Of a stretch of DNA of 64,000 nt, positions 1 through 12,899 are shown one piece after another. Source of the DNA: Podarcis melisellensis. Taxonomy: Eukaryota. The notes below the pieces were generated by a model. It ran no database searches. It had not been told where the DNA came from and saw nothing but the letters and a program-made list of their open reading frames with translations. Location of the stretch: NCBI GenBank assembly GCA_964234715.1, contig OZ174288.1; one strand, written 5' to 3'. Position 1 is the first letter of the stretch. Every line of letters starts with the position of its first letter. A program made the translations under genes and the position numbers.

Positions 1-819
1 GGGGATGCCCATCTGTCAATCACCCAGCATCCCAATGACATCAGGTAACTCGTTGGAGTCCATGAAGTTTGAAATCAAAGTGTCAGCCCACACTTTCTAG
101 TGAGTTCTCTCATACACTCCAACACGCTGATGCCAGAAACCGGGACTCATGTCTTCCCAACCCCACTCCTGCACAAGTTATGTGAACCACACAATATCAC
201 GCAGCCGGGAACTGCATTTTTGGGGCAAAATGTGCCAGATCGTGAGCTTGTGCAAGATCACAGAGCTTGAAAATGCATGGGATGTTCCGCTTAAAGTGGA
301 ATAGTTGACCGATATATTCTCTGATCGCTTCCCTTATTACAAAAAGCCTAACATTTTGGGGAAAGGGTTAGTGTGCTGATATGTGATTGACTCCTGTTCC
401 AAAAAAGCAATGGCCTGGAAGCCTGCTGCATTGTTTTAATTAACATTCTATTATCCACTGTGCCTTACGGTAAATCACTTCCGGCTTGCCGTTGGGGGTG
501 TGAAGCAATCTGCAAATTTAATAAACTAAACTAAACCAGAGGGCTTTTATTATCTACCGGGAATTTCCCTGCATTTGGAGACTCTGTTGAAATGAACAGG
601 AGCTGTGCAACCGTGACCACAACAGGCCACAGGAACCAAAGAGCAGAAGCCAGCGCTACCCCTTGGTCACTTCAGTGGGTGCCTTCACTTGGAGGCTAGG
701 AGGACAATTCTGTGTCACGAGCAAGGGCTCAAGCCACATCCCATTCATGGCATTTATTTTCTTTGGAAATGTTCTGTAAACAAATGGCTTTGGCTCTTAG
801 ATGCAAAGTTTATTTCCTT

Positions 820-1200
820 CTCTCCTAATGCCAGAACCCAGGGACCTCCAACGAAGCTGAATGCTGGAAGATTCAGGACAGTTAAAAGCAAGTGTTTATT
901 CATGCAGCCCTTAGTTAAACTGTGGAACTCCCTCTCACAAGAGGCAGCAATGGCCACCAACTTGGATATCTTTAAAAGAGGATTGGACAAATTCATGGAG
1001 GGGAGGGCTATCCATGGCTACTGTGTTCTGCCTCCATGGTCAGAGCCTGAGGTAGTAATGCTTATGAATGTCAATTGATGGAAACCACAGGAGGGGAGAG
1101 GGCTCTTGTGCTTCTTAAGGGTTTCCAAGAGGCATCTGGTCAGCCCCTGGATGCTAGGCAGGATGGGCTGCTGGCCTGATCTAGCAGACTCTTCTAATTG
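820..1200 (+). mobile_element. CR1-type LINE 3' fragment
   Basis: Degenerate CR1 ORF2 C-terminus (KLWNSLSQEAAMATNLDIFKRGLDKFME) followed by the 3' UTR shared with several other copies in the window. Confidence 0.75.
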
Positions 1201-1984
1201 TCTTGGGAGCTGAGTTTCACTTTCCTTTATAGCTGGGAGTTTGGCCCAGGCAGCTACTAGGAGAGGCTGAGCCTGTTTGGCTGCCTGGCTGGGGAATGAT
1301 TCCACCAGGCCCCGGCTTAAGCTTAGGAAGCCTTCAGAGAAAAACAGAAAGGGAGGAAGAAGCGATCATCACTTCCCCTCAACTTCATCATCTCACACAT
1401 CCACGCCAGCCATTGCCTGCTCAACACACCTCTCCTCCCCAGTGGCTTTTAAAGACCCCTGGAAGACTGGCCTCAAGCAGAACCTGCAGATGTGCTCCAG
1501 ACAGCCACATCAAAACTCAGGCTCTGCAATCTGCCCCTTCCTACTGTGGGGCATGTGTGAAAACAGCAATTAATGGCGGGTGGGAGGAGCCATATTCCTG
1601 GTCTGGCCGACTCTCCGGGGCTTTTCCGTAGGCTGCAATCATCACAAAGGTAGCAGCAGCAGTGCAGATGTCAGCAACGGCCAGCTGAGACCATGCACCT
1701 GAGCTCACACTGTTGCCAGTGGAGCCCAGGGACATTGTTTACCTGGAACATCTCTGCCACTGGTTCAGCACAAGCTCAACTGAATGGCAAAAGGATGCTT
1801 TTGGGTGCTGTTTTGCATCTACGGCTCAAATGCACCAAGGAGCCTCCCTTGCCTTCTTGCTGCTGTGTGTGGATGTGATCAGAGCTGGTTAAAAGAAGGG
1901 AAGAGAAGGAAATTCTCAGTGCCTGGTGCGTAGTAGAGAGAGCCTGTGTTGTGTAGTGGTTAGTGTGTCAGAACCCTGGGAGAC

Positions 1985-2287
1985 CATCGTTCTGTCCGGA
2001 CACTGAGGTCCAGTGCTGAGGGCCTTCTGGTGGTTCCCTCGCTGCGAGAAGTCAAGTTACAGGGAACCAGGCAGAGGGCCTTCTTGGTAGTGGCACCCGC
2101 CCTGTGGAACACCCTCCCACCAGATATAAAAGAGAAAAATAACTACCAAACTTTTAGAAGACATCTAAAGGCAGTCCTGTTTAGGGAAGCTTTAATGTTT
2201 AATAGATTATTGTATTTTAGTGTTTTGTTGGAAGCCGCCCAGAGTGGCTGGGGAAACCCAGCCAGATGGGCAGGGTATAAATAATAA

Positions 2288-2335
<48 letters not shown>
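1985..2335 (+). mobile_element. L2-type LINE 3' end with (TTA)n tail, inserted in a tRNA-derived SINE head
   Basis: RAFLVVAPALWNTLP...FRRHLKAVLF L2 C-terminal motif; tail gccgcccagagtggctggggaaacccagccagatggg plus (TTA)n 2287-2335. Confidence 0.8.
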
Positions 2336-2337
<2 letters not shown>

Positions 2338-3300
2338 AATCTCCACTCAGCCCTGAAGAAGCTCACTGCATGACCTTGGGCCAGTTACCAGTGAGCTTCA
2401 TGGCTAAGCAGGGATTTGAACCCTGGTCTCTCAGGTCCAACACGCTAACAATTACACTACATGGGCCACCCCAAGCAGTCGTGGTTCCTCTTTCAACCAC
2501 CTTGAACTCTCCAAAAAAGTTATTGCCTGTAGCAAAGCTGTCTGATCTCTCTTCCGACCGCCCTCCCCACCCCTCGCCAGCCATCCTAGATCAACCCCAA
2601 AAGCAGGGCCATTTGCGCTCCATCGATTTGGGGGCCATCAAGTTCAGGTGGCCTGTGTCTGTCCCTTTTTTTATAATGCCTCCTGTCTCTGGCTTGGCCT
2701 TCCATCATCCTATTATATGGATGACAACAAGGACAGCCCCATGGAGGGGAAAGAAATTACCTAATAAATCAGGCACCTGAGAGATGAAGTGGACGAGTGT
2801 TATTAGATTCCTGGAGAGATGAAGATGGTAATATGGAGGCTCTGGATCCGAGCTAAATCGGAGAGCGGGAGGGAATCATCACCAGGCGATTTCTTCCACA
2901 ATAATCTGAGCCGAACTGATTTTCCCCCTCTTATATTTGGCAAGCTGCTGTAAACCCAGCAGTGACAATGAAGTAGGTGGGTGTTTTTATTTGGGGTAAA
3001 TGGCCGAGTGAAGGAATAGGCAACATATGGGAAGAGCATCATGCTGAACAACCTAAGGTCTACTTGGAGCACATCAAAGATTGCCAAATATATCTAGGAA
3101 AAATGCAAGCCAGGCAGGCAACAAACCTCTGGCTTTTTCTTTACCTTTGTATCCCTATCAAATTTGCATTTAGTGATTGACTGTCTTTAAACATGGAAGC
3201 TCCATATCACAGTGCTCTGTGATATTGTCCCTTTTTTAAAGTACTATTTGTACTTCTTGGAAAAAACTGTTTTTGTTTCAATAAGCTTTTCTAGGCGGAC

Positions 3301-3302
3301 AA

Positions 3303-3361
<59 letters not shown>

Positions 3362-3560
3362 TGATGATGATGATAATTTATTATTTATACCCCGCCCATC
3401 TGGCTGAGTTTCCCCAGCCACTCTGGGCGGCTCCCAATCAGTGTTAAAAACAGTACAGCATTACATATTAAAAACTTCCCTGAACAGGGCTGCCTTAAGA
3501 TGTCTTCTGAACGTCAGTTAATTCTTTATCTCTTTGACATCTGATGGGAGGGCGTTCCAC
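3301..3560 (-). mobile_element. L2-type LINE 3' end with (AAT)n tail
   Basis: Reverse complement of the L2 end seen at 2100-2335; (AAT)n/(GAT)n microsatellite 3303-3376. Confidence 0.8.
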
Positions 3561-3861
3561 ACATTTCCCTTGTGTTTAAACTCATCTTTAGTTGTTTTCT
3601 GCATTGTTCTAAAACCTATTCCAGTCGCTTTTATTCTATGGTTGTAAATCACATTGAGACTAATCTGAAAGGTGTTTCACAAATAAAAAAGAAAGAAAGA
3701 AATGTCAAATCAACTCCCTGAGCCAGTAGAGATCACCACTTCATGGATGCCTTCTGGAGATCTGGAGCTGGAGATCTTTTCTCCCAAATGTCCAGTGCCA
3801 GCCCAAGGTATTTTGCTGCCCAGCACAGAGTGGAAAGAAATGGCAAGCAAAGGTGCCAAGC

Positions 3862-4225
3862 GATCCTCCCTGGAGAGGGCATTCCACAAACGGGGAGCCA
3901 CCACAGAGAAGGCCTGTTCTCATGTTGTCACCCTCTGGACCTCATGTGGAGGAGGCACATGAAGAAGGGCCTCAGAAGATTATCTCAGGGTCTGGGGTGG
4001 TTTATATGGGGAGAGGCTGTCCTTCTGATAGTGTGGTCCTGAGCTGTTTAAGGATTTATAGGTCAAAACCAGCATTTTGAATTGGGCCCAGAAGCTAATT
4101 GGTAGCCAGTGCAGTCAGGCCAGGATCAGTGTGATATGCTCAAACCATCTTGTCCCAGTGAGCAACCTGGCTGCCGAATTCTGCACCAGCTGAAGCTTCT
4201 GAACTCTCTTCAGAGGCAGTCCTAT
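3862..4225 (-). mobile_element. L2-type LINE ORF2 fragment
   Basis: Minus-strand VAPRLWNALSRE motif and upstream L2-like ORF2 remnants. Confidence 0.65.
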
Positions 4226-5164
4226 ATATAAACTTATTTATTCAATGCAAATTTCTGGAGTTGACCAGATGCATCCTTTGTAAGAGGGAATGGTGCCTTC
4301 TAGACTTGCCTGCTACCTAGGAAGACTTCCCCTGCTTATTGCAAAAGTCTGGCAGTTGGTCTGGGTGTTAACAACAACAATTTTATTATTTATATGCCAC
4401 CCATCTGACTGGGTTGCCCCAGCCACTCTGGGCGGCTCCCAACAAAATATTAAAACAGCAGTAAAACATCAAACAGGGCTGCCTTCAGATGTCTTCTAAA
4501 TAATAATAATTTTATTGCTGAGCGAAAGGCCCTCTGCATGTTCTCAGAGTCACTCTCCTCTTTTTTACTTTCCCTGCTCCATGTCTGACCTCTGGAGCAA
4601 GGAACCCCAGCTCAGAGGAGAAATCCTTGTGGATTTTGGCGCTGGAGCTAAGCTTTTTGAGTCGGCTAGGAGAGGGAGAATTCCCTCCCTTTCATTGGCC
4701 TCCTTAAATTGGACAGCAGATGTTTTAAAAACAACCACCACCTCTCGCCGGGAATTTTGTGGTGTGAAGCAAGAGGCAGCTCCAACCCTTTGGGAGCCTG
4801 TGGCTTTTGTCGCAAAGCACCCATTTGGTTGTGGGATGATAATTAGTGACTCCGGTCCCGTAATTATACACCACTTAGACCTTTCCCCCTTTCATTTCCA
4901 GGAGCCGAGCAAGAGTGCTGGGTTTGTGCTCGTGATCACGTGGGGAGCAAGTGCTGGGAGCGCTTTCCCAAAAAGCCGTCATTAGAGGGCTGTTTTCAGC
5001 AAGTTCCTTCCTCCCTCAAAGAGGAAAGCACTCTTGTTGGCAAGAGGGATCCAAGTCCGCTTGAGAGATGGAGCGCCAGGGCCTCTTCCATCAGGAAAGT
5101 GATAAGGAAAGGGAGCAAAAGACGGAACTGGGAAGGTAGGCAGGAAGGACCCTGTAGCCTACTG

Positions 5165-5400
5165 CTTTAACATAAAAACAAAGGAAGAGCCGCTTGGATC
5201 AGGCCAATAGGGGCTCATCTACTCCAGCATCCTCTTCTCACAGTGGCCAATCAGATGACTGTGGGAAACCCGCAAGCAGGATTCGAACCCAAGAGCCCTC
5301 TCCCCTCTTGCGGCTTCCAGCAACTGCTATTCAGAAGCACTACTCCCTCAAACTGTGGAGGCAGAGCAAGGCCGCTGTGGCTAGTATCCATCGATAACCC
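5165..5400 (-). mobile_element. CR1-type 3' UTR fragment
   Basis: Reverse complement of the CR1 tail at 1000-1200; similar copies at 46585-46860 (-), 58390-58605 (+) and 26150-26440 (+). Confidence 0.7.
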
Positions 5401-5776
5401 CCCCCCCATGAGGTTATCTGCAGTCAGGTGATCTATACATTTTGTGAAATATTGTACTGTAAATAAAATATAATGGTGGGGGAGGTAGGGTGAAGGTATT
5501 AGCAATTATTGTCCTTCATCAAATTGGGTGCCTCCATGTCTTAACTTCTTATTTCCTCTTATTTATTTATTAAATTTGCACAATGCCCTTCATCCGCAGA
5601 TCTCAGGGCGGTTCACAGCATAAAAATACAAAATAAAAACAATAAAATAAATAATAAAAACAATAATAAAACAAACGTCTCCTCAGAGTTTTCCTAGAGC
5701 CAGCCTTTCCCTATCCGTGGCCCTCCAGTTGTCTCATCAGGACCCCCTGCTAACATAGCCATACGACGCTGGGGCT

Positions 5777-5967
5777 CAGGGGTGGCCCACCTGTGAGGCA
5801 AGGTGAGGAGACCGCCTCAGGTGGCAGGATCCATAGGGGCAGCAGTTCCCAATGTCGATTTTTATTACCCACCACCCTTGTTCCTGATGCAGATCTTGCC
5901 TGGCAGGGAGGGGGCACCATTTTGTGGTTCGCCTCAGGTGCCAAAACTCCAACTTGGACTGGCCCTG
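5777..5967. mobile_element. hAT-type non-autonomous element nested in an older MITE
   Basis: Ends CAGGG...CCCTG; perfect 8-bp TSD CTGGGGCT (5769-5776 / 5968-5975). Confidence 0.75.
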
Positions 5968-6445
5968 CTGGGGCTAATGGGAGTTGTGATTTGAAATATC
6001 CAGCAGGCACTAGGTTGGCACAGCCTGCCTCAGAGTGAGTGGCACTGACTTGGGCCCCAGATTGTGGGTGCCCCGTGGTGTGACGTGACACATATCACTG
6101 CACCATCTTGTGCATGCCATTAAGTCTCTGCCTGGCACTGCCGCCTTGCCTCCACTGGCTTTCTGGTGCCGTGGCGGCAGCTACTAGGCCAGGGTCTCCT
6201 CCTCCTCCTCCTCAGGGCATCTGCTGAAACCCATTGCCCATGGATGAGCTGGGGCACCCACAGTGGAAATTTTATGGGTGTCAAGGCACCCAGGGCCTCC
6301 CAGAGTTGACGCCTATGGTCAGAGTCTTTCCTCTAGGGGCCTGGCCTGGCCCGGGAAGCAAAGATTTGCCAAAGAGCACAGGACTCCCCTTCCCCCTTCT
6401 CTCTTTCCCATTGCCCTGGTCCAAGTTGCCCTTGATGCCCCTCCT

Positions 6446-6492
6446 TTCCTCCTCCTCCTCCTCCTCCTCCTCTTCCTCTTCTTCTTCTTCTT
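6446..6492. repeat. (CCT)n/(CTT)n trinucleotide microsatellite
   Basis: Directly visible. Confidence 0.9.
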
Positions 6493-8266
6493 TGTTTCCT
6501 GGTCTGAACTCTCCTAAAGACCGTATTGATCACGCTGTCTGTCGTCCGATCCATGAAAATGACTAGGCACCCCGGTGCAGCTCAGTCAAGGTGGGCCGCT
6601 CAATAAATATGATTAGAGAACTGACGGATAATTATGACCTCAATTACAGGAGGCCCCTCTCCTCATCGGAGGAGCCTTTCACCTGGAGATGGAAGCACTT
6701 AGTCTTAATGGTTAGGGACGAGGCTGTTTCTGGGGCAGCCCATCCATTTTATAACCAGGCACACATTTCTTAATGGGCTCTTGATGGCCTTTCCTTTGAC
6801 AGGTGGGGTGAAACCCTTGCATTGTTTGGAGGGGGTGATTAATGTACAAGTGAACAAAGAGCAAGGGGGCGGGAGATTGAGTTAGTCAATTCAGGGGTGG
6901 GGAGGGAGAAAGCAGAGGTCGCTTGCTGATCATCTCAGCATCATTCCAGCCATGGCTGGAGGTTGTTTTATTTTTTTGCACACAGACACCATGATATCAT
7001 TTCCAATCCGGGGAAGGAGGAAGGAAGGGAGAATTGCCTCTCCAGCTCTTTAAGTTTTATGGCAGAATATCACCGGCACTTGCCCATCTCTTTGGTTATG
7101 CCAAGCCCATTCTTGCAACTAAAAAGCTTGCCTGCTCACCCAACTTGACCAGTCTTTTCCTTATCCCCAAAACTATTTTAGTCCAACTCCAAACAATATC
7201 CTGCTAGATTTCAAAGGCTAAGGTAAAGAAGAAAAACCTTGGTTGGTGTCTCACCGATTGCACTTAGTGTTGTAAACAGACCTTCAAAACAACCAGTACA
7301 GCAGTAGGTTCGGTACAGGATTTGCTCAAGTCAGATGGTGGCCACTGCTTTTCCTCTTTCATTAGCCAGCATTTGTTTGCCCCTTCGTTGTCACTGAGAT
7401 GTCAAGAGCCCCCTTGCTGTACTCTTGCTAGTGCCTTGTGACGGTCAGGTGACCATCTGTCAGGGATGCTTTAGCTGTGATCCCTGCATTGCAGGGGGTT
7501 GGACTAGATGACCCTTGAGATCCCTTCCACTTCTACAATCCTACGATTCTGCTATTCCTCCCACCCCCTATAAATAGGCACTGCAGAAGAACATTGCTCC
7601 TGACAGCCGCCCATCTGCACATCAACACTCATGCTTCCCCCACTGTGAGCTGTCGTGACGCACATTTGGGGCTGGCAAAGGGAAGCTGGGCTTCTTTGGC
7701 GCTGCGTCTTTTCTCTCCCCCCTAAAGCAAGCAGCATCACCCGTGGAATTTGCGAACTTTGAAGGTGCTTCTTGCAGACTCTGTGTTCTTGAGATTCTCC
7801 CCTGACACCTGTGAAAGGAATACAGCAACAGGGCCTGACACGCATCTCTGAAGTTGGCATATACCACCGATGTAAGTGATGGCTGTCGGGCTGTCTGCGA
7901 ACAAACCCTTCTGTTTTCCTGTTTGCAAATGTCTCTGAAGAGTTGAACTGTAACGGCCGGGAAACGGGAGCGGGGGGGGGGGGGCGGGGTGGATGTCAGA
8001 AGCAAAACTGTCAGCAGGCTTCTCTGATTTCTCCAAGTTCATCTGACAATCTTGTTTGACAGGTGTGTCTTGGTGTGTGCAGGCAGGATATCAGCAACTC
8101 TTGCAATGTGGGGTATGAGACCCAGAGGCTGGTGCTGTCCCCCCTTTTAATCTCATTTTTTAAAAAATAACTTTATCCAGGCTTGGCAGTTACCAGAGAA
8201 GCATTGGAGAAGTATCTGCCACTGCCATCTTTATTACCCCAGAATGTCCCTGCCCCCTGCCTCATA

Positions 8267-8625
8267 GTAAAAGTAAAGGTAAAGGGACCCCTGACCATTA
8301 GGACCAGTCGTGACCGACTCTGGGGTTGCAGCGCTCATTTCACTTTATTGGCCGACGGAGCCGGCGTACAGCTTCCGGGTCATGTGGCCAGCATGACTAA
8401 GCCGCTTCTGGTGAACCAGAGCAGCACACGGAAACACCGTTTACCTTCCCACCAGAATGGTACCTATTTATCTACTTGCACTTTGACGTGCTTTTGAACT
8501 GCTAGGTTGGCAGGAGCAGGGACCGAGCAATGGGAGCTCACCCCGTCGCGGGGATTCGAACCACCGACCTTCTGACCGGCAAGTCCTAGGCTCTGTGGTT
8601 TAACCCACAGCGCCACCCGCGTCCC
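8267..8625 (-). mobile_element. Sauria SINE, full length
   Basis: tRNA-like head gggacgcgggtggcgctgtgggtt...ggttcgaatccc and (ACCTTT)n tail on the minus strand. Confidence 0.92.
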
Positions 8626-8832
8626 ATGGACTACTCTGCCCCATGGACTACTGTGCAATTTTTTGCTCCCACTTTACCCCGGAAGGGTCCCTCTTCCATT
8701 GCCTCGTGAGACAGACAGAGGTCAGCAACAACGTAGAAGCTGCAACCAGTTGACACAGTGCTTCTAAAATGAATGTTCAGCTGAGCACCACCACATGTTC
8801 CCATCACTGCCCTGGCATCCTTGGCATGTGGG

Positions 8833-9266
8833 CAGGGCCGGATTTAGGTTTGATGAGGCCCTAAGCTACTGAAGGTAATGGGGTCCTTTATATGTCCAGC
8901 TGTCCTTTGTCAACAACAAATTGTCGCTGTTTTTTGTGTTGAATATATGCTATATGGTAATTCAAGGACCTAATAGGTATGTAAAGCCATTTGCACATAA
9001 CAAAATATGTATTTTATCAAAGTAATTGTTGAACTGAAATACAATTAAGAAGAAGTATATTAATGGTGAAATAATTATTAAGCTCTAACTTTTTTTATTC
9101 AAAACAAACTTAAAAATGTAAACACAGGTTTTATTTTATTTGTTTTTTATCTCATATTTAGGAAATGTACATGCAGGTTTTCTTCCCCTTTAAATTTTTG
9201 GGGGGCCCTCAAGAGAGTGAGGCTCTAAGCTATAGCTTGTTTAGCTTATATGTAAATCCGGCACTG
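8833..9266. mobile_element. hAT-type MITE
   Basis: TIRs cagggccggattt / aaatccggcactg; perfect 8-bp TSD CATGTGGG (8825-8832 / 9267-9274); AT-rich interior. Confidence 0.88.
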
Positions 9267-9892
9267 CATGTGGGGGGCAAATGACAGGCGACAAAAGTGG
9301 GGATGGGTGTCAGTGTTCCCAAGAGAAATTATTCTCAGAACAGAAGGTTCTAGGGGAGCCATAGAAACAGAAAACTTGAACCTGGAGGGGGGGTCACAGA
9401 AGACAGATCAGAGGAGGGAGGAATCCAGGAGGTGGAAGACAGAGGAGGCTTGAGAGAAGAAGAGCCAGAGGCAGGGACTTGGTGCAGAGGGACACACTCT
9501 GAGCTCAGGATCTGAGGAGAGGACAGGGAGGAGCCAGACACTGCAACAGCTTCACACATGCTGCCAGGTTCCTCTGCATCGAGCTTTACTCACCTTTTGA
9601 CCCCAAGGTCATGCAGAGCTTTATATGGAGCTGAACAGAAAGCAAGAAAAGCCCAAGGTGGGCATCCTCCCCACTGGAGTTTGCATCTGCTTGGAAAGGA
9701 AGAGGAGGGTTACAAGGAGGAGGAGGTGACCAGAGCCAGTCTTGGCAACGACTTCACTGAGGTGGTGGTGCCTGTGTGTTCTCTGTTGTACACGACTTTC
9801 CTGAACAAAGCAGCTGACCTTACTTTGAGTCTCCCTTCTGACCTGTTGTGAACCTGCTCCCCTGACAGCCCCCTGACACTGGTGCACTAAGT

Positions 9893-10028
9893 CAGGCTTC
9901 CTCAAACTTGGCCCTCCAGATGTTTTTGGCCTACAACTCCCATGATCCCTAGCTAGCAGGACCAGTGGTCAGGGATGATGGGAATTGTAGTCTCAAAACA
10001 TCTGGAGGGCCAAGTTTGAGGAAGCCTG
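9893..10028. mobile_element. hAT-type palindromic MITE
   Basis: About 50-bp inverted arms caggcttcctcaaacttggccctccagatgttt / aaacatctggagggccaagtttgaggaagcctg; TSD CACTAAGT / CACTAAGC. Confidence 0.88.
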
Positions 10029-11475
10029 CACTAAGCAAAGAAGTCCTTTCCTTTCTCCGTCCTGGAGCTTTCGGAATTCAACTTCTTCGGATGACTAGTT
10101 CTAGTGATTTCAGAGATGGAGAACACCTTTTTTCTCCTTCCACTTTCTCCCTGCCATGCATAATTTTATATCCTGTCACCTCTCACTCGCCTTTCCTCTA
10201 AGGTTTATAAACATGGTGAGACCACACTGTACTATTAAGAGAGAATTGCTTTCCAGCTGAGCAACAATTAAATGTTAAAAAAAAATGGAGGAAAAACTAG
10301 GAAGCTTTCTCCGCTCTTTGGCTCCTCGGCCGTACGACATCTTGCCTTTCCTCCGCCTCGCTTGTTCGTTGCACGACTTGCTTTGTGTTCTTATTTTATG
10401 CTCCACAAATGAGCACAATAATTAACATCTGGTTTGCAGCGTATGAAATAAAAACACGGTATAATGAGGAGGATAATGAGCTAGTCTAGAGCCCACTTGA
10501 GTTAGGATTATGGAGCTGTTGAGCAGGGAGGTCAACGCCGCCTCCAGCGTCGATGTTTTCCCCATCGCTGTACCTTCCAAACAGCCGGCAGATCTGTATG
10601 CAACCGTATTCCCACTGGCACCGCAGCCCTGCCAAGGGGAAAAGGCAGCAACCCTAGAAAACAAGATGCAGCTTGGGACCGCGAGAGGAAACAGAGCCCC
10701 ACATCCTTCCAGCTGACTTGCACAGGATGGCGGAATGGAAAAAAGGAGGAAGACCAGGGGACTTCATTAAAGGGAAGAGGCAGATCTTCCACCAATATTT
10801 CCCTAGAGAGACTTCCCCCTGGGACACTCCATCTCAAGGCAGTTTCCACCTCTGCGGTGCCACAGAATCATTATAACTTGCCCCCAAAGTCCAAGGCAGC
10901 TTCGTCAGGCTGGAGTGATGCTGTGCTTCTCCCCTGAATGTTTTGCTGGAAGCAACCCAGCTCCCTTCGGGCTGCCTGTCTCCCCCAGTGACATCTTTGC
11001 AAACACACCCCTGGCATCCTTTGAACTTGGCTGATTGGAGATTTCCCCTCTAATTACAGCTAGGGGGCTGGTGCATTGGGAGGGCACCCCCATCACCCCA
11101 CCCAGGAGCAGGGACCCTCCCTGGCAACTGCTGGTGGGCAGCCAGGCTGGGCATTTCGGCAAGGCGGGGGATGGGGGGTGAGCTGTGCTGCGAGATTTCT
11201 TTGGCTTTTATTTCATCTTGTTTTTGCTCCTGTGGATGTTCAGTGCAGTGCCTGGTGTGTCTTATGCAAAACAGCCCAGAAAAGACTTCCCTTGATGTTA
11301 TGCAGATCTTGGATGGTTTCAAGGCCTCCCTGGAACAGTCCTGCCTTGGGAAATGATCTGTCAAACATACACATTAACATACTACTTCCACTCTTCTTTA
11401 TTTTGGGGAGAATGCAGGTCTGCTTAGCTGTGAAAGTGGCAGTCAATAATTGGGTGGGTGGTGCTGGGGTCAGGT

Positions 11476-11620
11476 CTGCATCTGTGCTAACCTCAACCCA
11501 CCTATTCTCAGCAGCCAGAAGCATCATAGCCAGACACTGGAGAGACCTCACAGGAGTAAGCATGGACCAATGGTATCAAACAGTAGGGGAAACAGCCTTA
11601 TTAGAAAACTAGCCAATAAA
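11476..11620 (+). mobile_element. L1/Tx1-type LINE ORF2 C-terminal fragment
   Basis: Translation THLFSAARSIIARHWRDLTGVSMDQWYQTVGETALLE resembles the AAR..IAR.W C-terminal motif of non-mammalian L1-clade ORF2. Confidence 0.6.
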
Positions 11621-11969
11621 GGGACACAGGTGGCGCAGTGTCTGCTGGGTCACACCAGTAGCCAGTATCTCGTTCTCACAATGGCTTGCCAGCAAGCAGG
11701 ATCAAGAATTTGCAATAATAGGACCAGGGAGCATGAGGATTCCCTGCCCAGCTAGAGCTATGTTTATTTATTGGTCGTTTACATATGACATTTGTATCCC
11801 ACCTTTTCTTCCAAGGTACTCAAAGTGGCGTGCATGATCCTCCTCCTCCTCCTCCTCCTTTAATCCCCACAACAACCCTGTGAGGTAGGTTAGGCTGAGA
11901 GGCAGGGAATGACCCAAGGTCACCCAGTGAGCTTCAGGGCCTGGTGTGGATTTGAACCTTTTAAAGTAT

Positions 11970-12421
11970 AATTAAAGCTATGGTTTTCCCAGTAGTGATG
12001 TATGGAAGTGAGAGCTGGACCATACAGAAGGCTGATCGCTGAAGAATTGATGGTTTTGAATTATGGTACTGGATGAGACTCTTGAGAGTCTCATGGATTA
12101 CGAGAAGATCAGACCTATCCATTCTGAAGGAAATCAGCCCTGAGTGCTCACTGGAAGGACAGATCCTGAAGCTGAGGCTCCAATACTTTGGCCACCTCAT
12201 GAGAAGAGAAGACTCCCTGCAAAAGACCCTGATGTTGGGAAAGATGGAGGGCACAAGGAGGAGGGGATGACAGAGGACGAGATGGTTGGACAGTGTTCTT
12301 GAAGCTACCAGCATGAGTTTGACCAAACTGCAGGAGGCAGCGGAAGACAGGAGTGCCTGGTGTGCTCTAGTCCATGGGGTCACGAAGAGTCGAACACGAC
12401 TAAACGACTAAATAACAACAA
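11970..12421 (+). mobile_element. RTE-BovB LINE 3' fragment inserted into a minus-strand tRNA-derived SINE (11790-11960 and 12424-12462)
   Basis: KAMVFPVVMYGSESW...LRLQYFGHLMRREDSLQKTLMLGKMEG and tail ggggtcacgaagagtcgaacacgactaaacgactaaa(caa)n; stop codons present. Confidence 0.92.
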
Positions 12422-12899
12422 CTCCCAGGTCTCCTAGTCTGACGCTCTAACCATTACGCCACTTGTTCTCTTAACACAGGTGCAGGGAATAACTGCCCTA
12501 GCTTCTTTGCCACCTTCTTGCACACTGACATGCACCTGAGCACTTTGGAGCCAACTGAGCGTGATACGATGCAGTTTAAAGTCATTCCAATTACTGCCTA
12601 ATATTCGCAAAAGATATTTTTCACACCTTCTGAGGATAATGTAAGGGAACTAGTCTTCCTTGATGCAATACCTGCCTTTCTCATGGCAAATGGAGAGCGG
12701 GGGATCGATCAGCTGCATGGCAGCATTGCAGAGGTAAGGATGCCTGGGGGACAGAGGGCAACATGCAGCATTTAAAGAGGAGAGGAACCCGCCATACAGT
12801 GGCTGTGTGGGGAGTGCTTGGGGTGGGCCTGTTGTTAGCCTATCAGGTTTGCACACAGCATCAGCAAAGTTCTTCATGCAGCACATTCCCTCACAAGGG

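Noticed and set aside
2220-2780. 186-aa ORF with a poly-Leu, signal-peptide-like stretch
   Set aside because: The Leu run is the (TTA)n tail of an L2 element
8183-8658. Recurrent VKVKGPLTI...HVASMTKPLL ORFs (also 25817 and 26892) as a gene family
   Set aside because: Antisense translations of Sauria SINE copies
9893-10028. Strong hairpin as a pre-miRNA
   Set aside because: Explained by MITE inverted arms with an 8-bp TSD; related copies are scattered in the window
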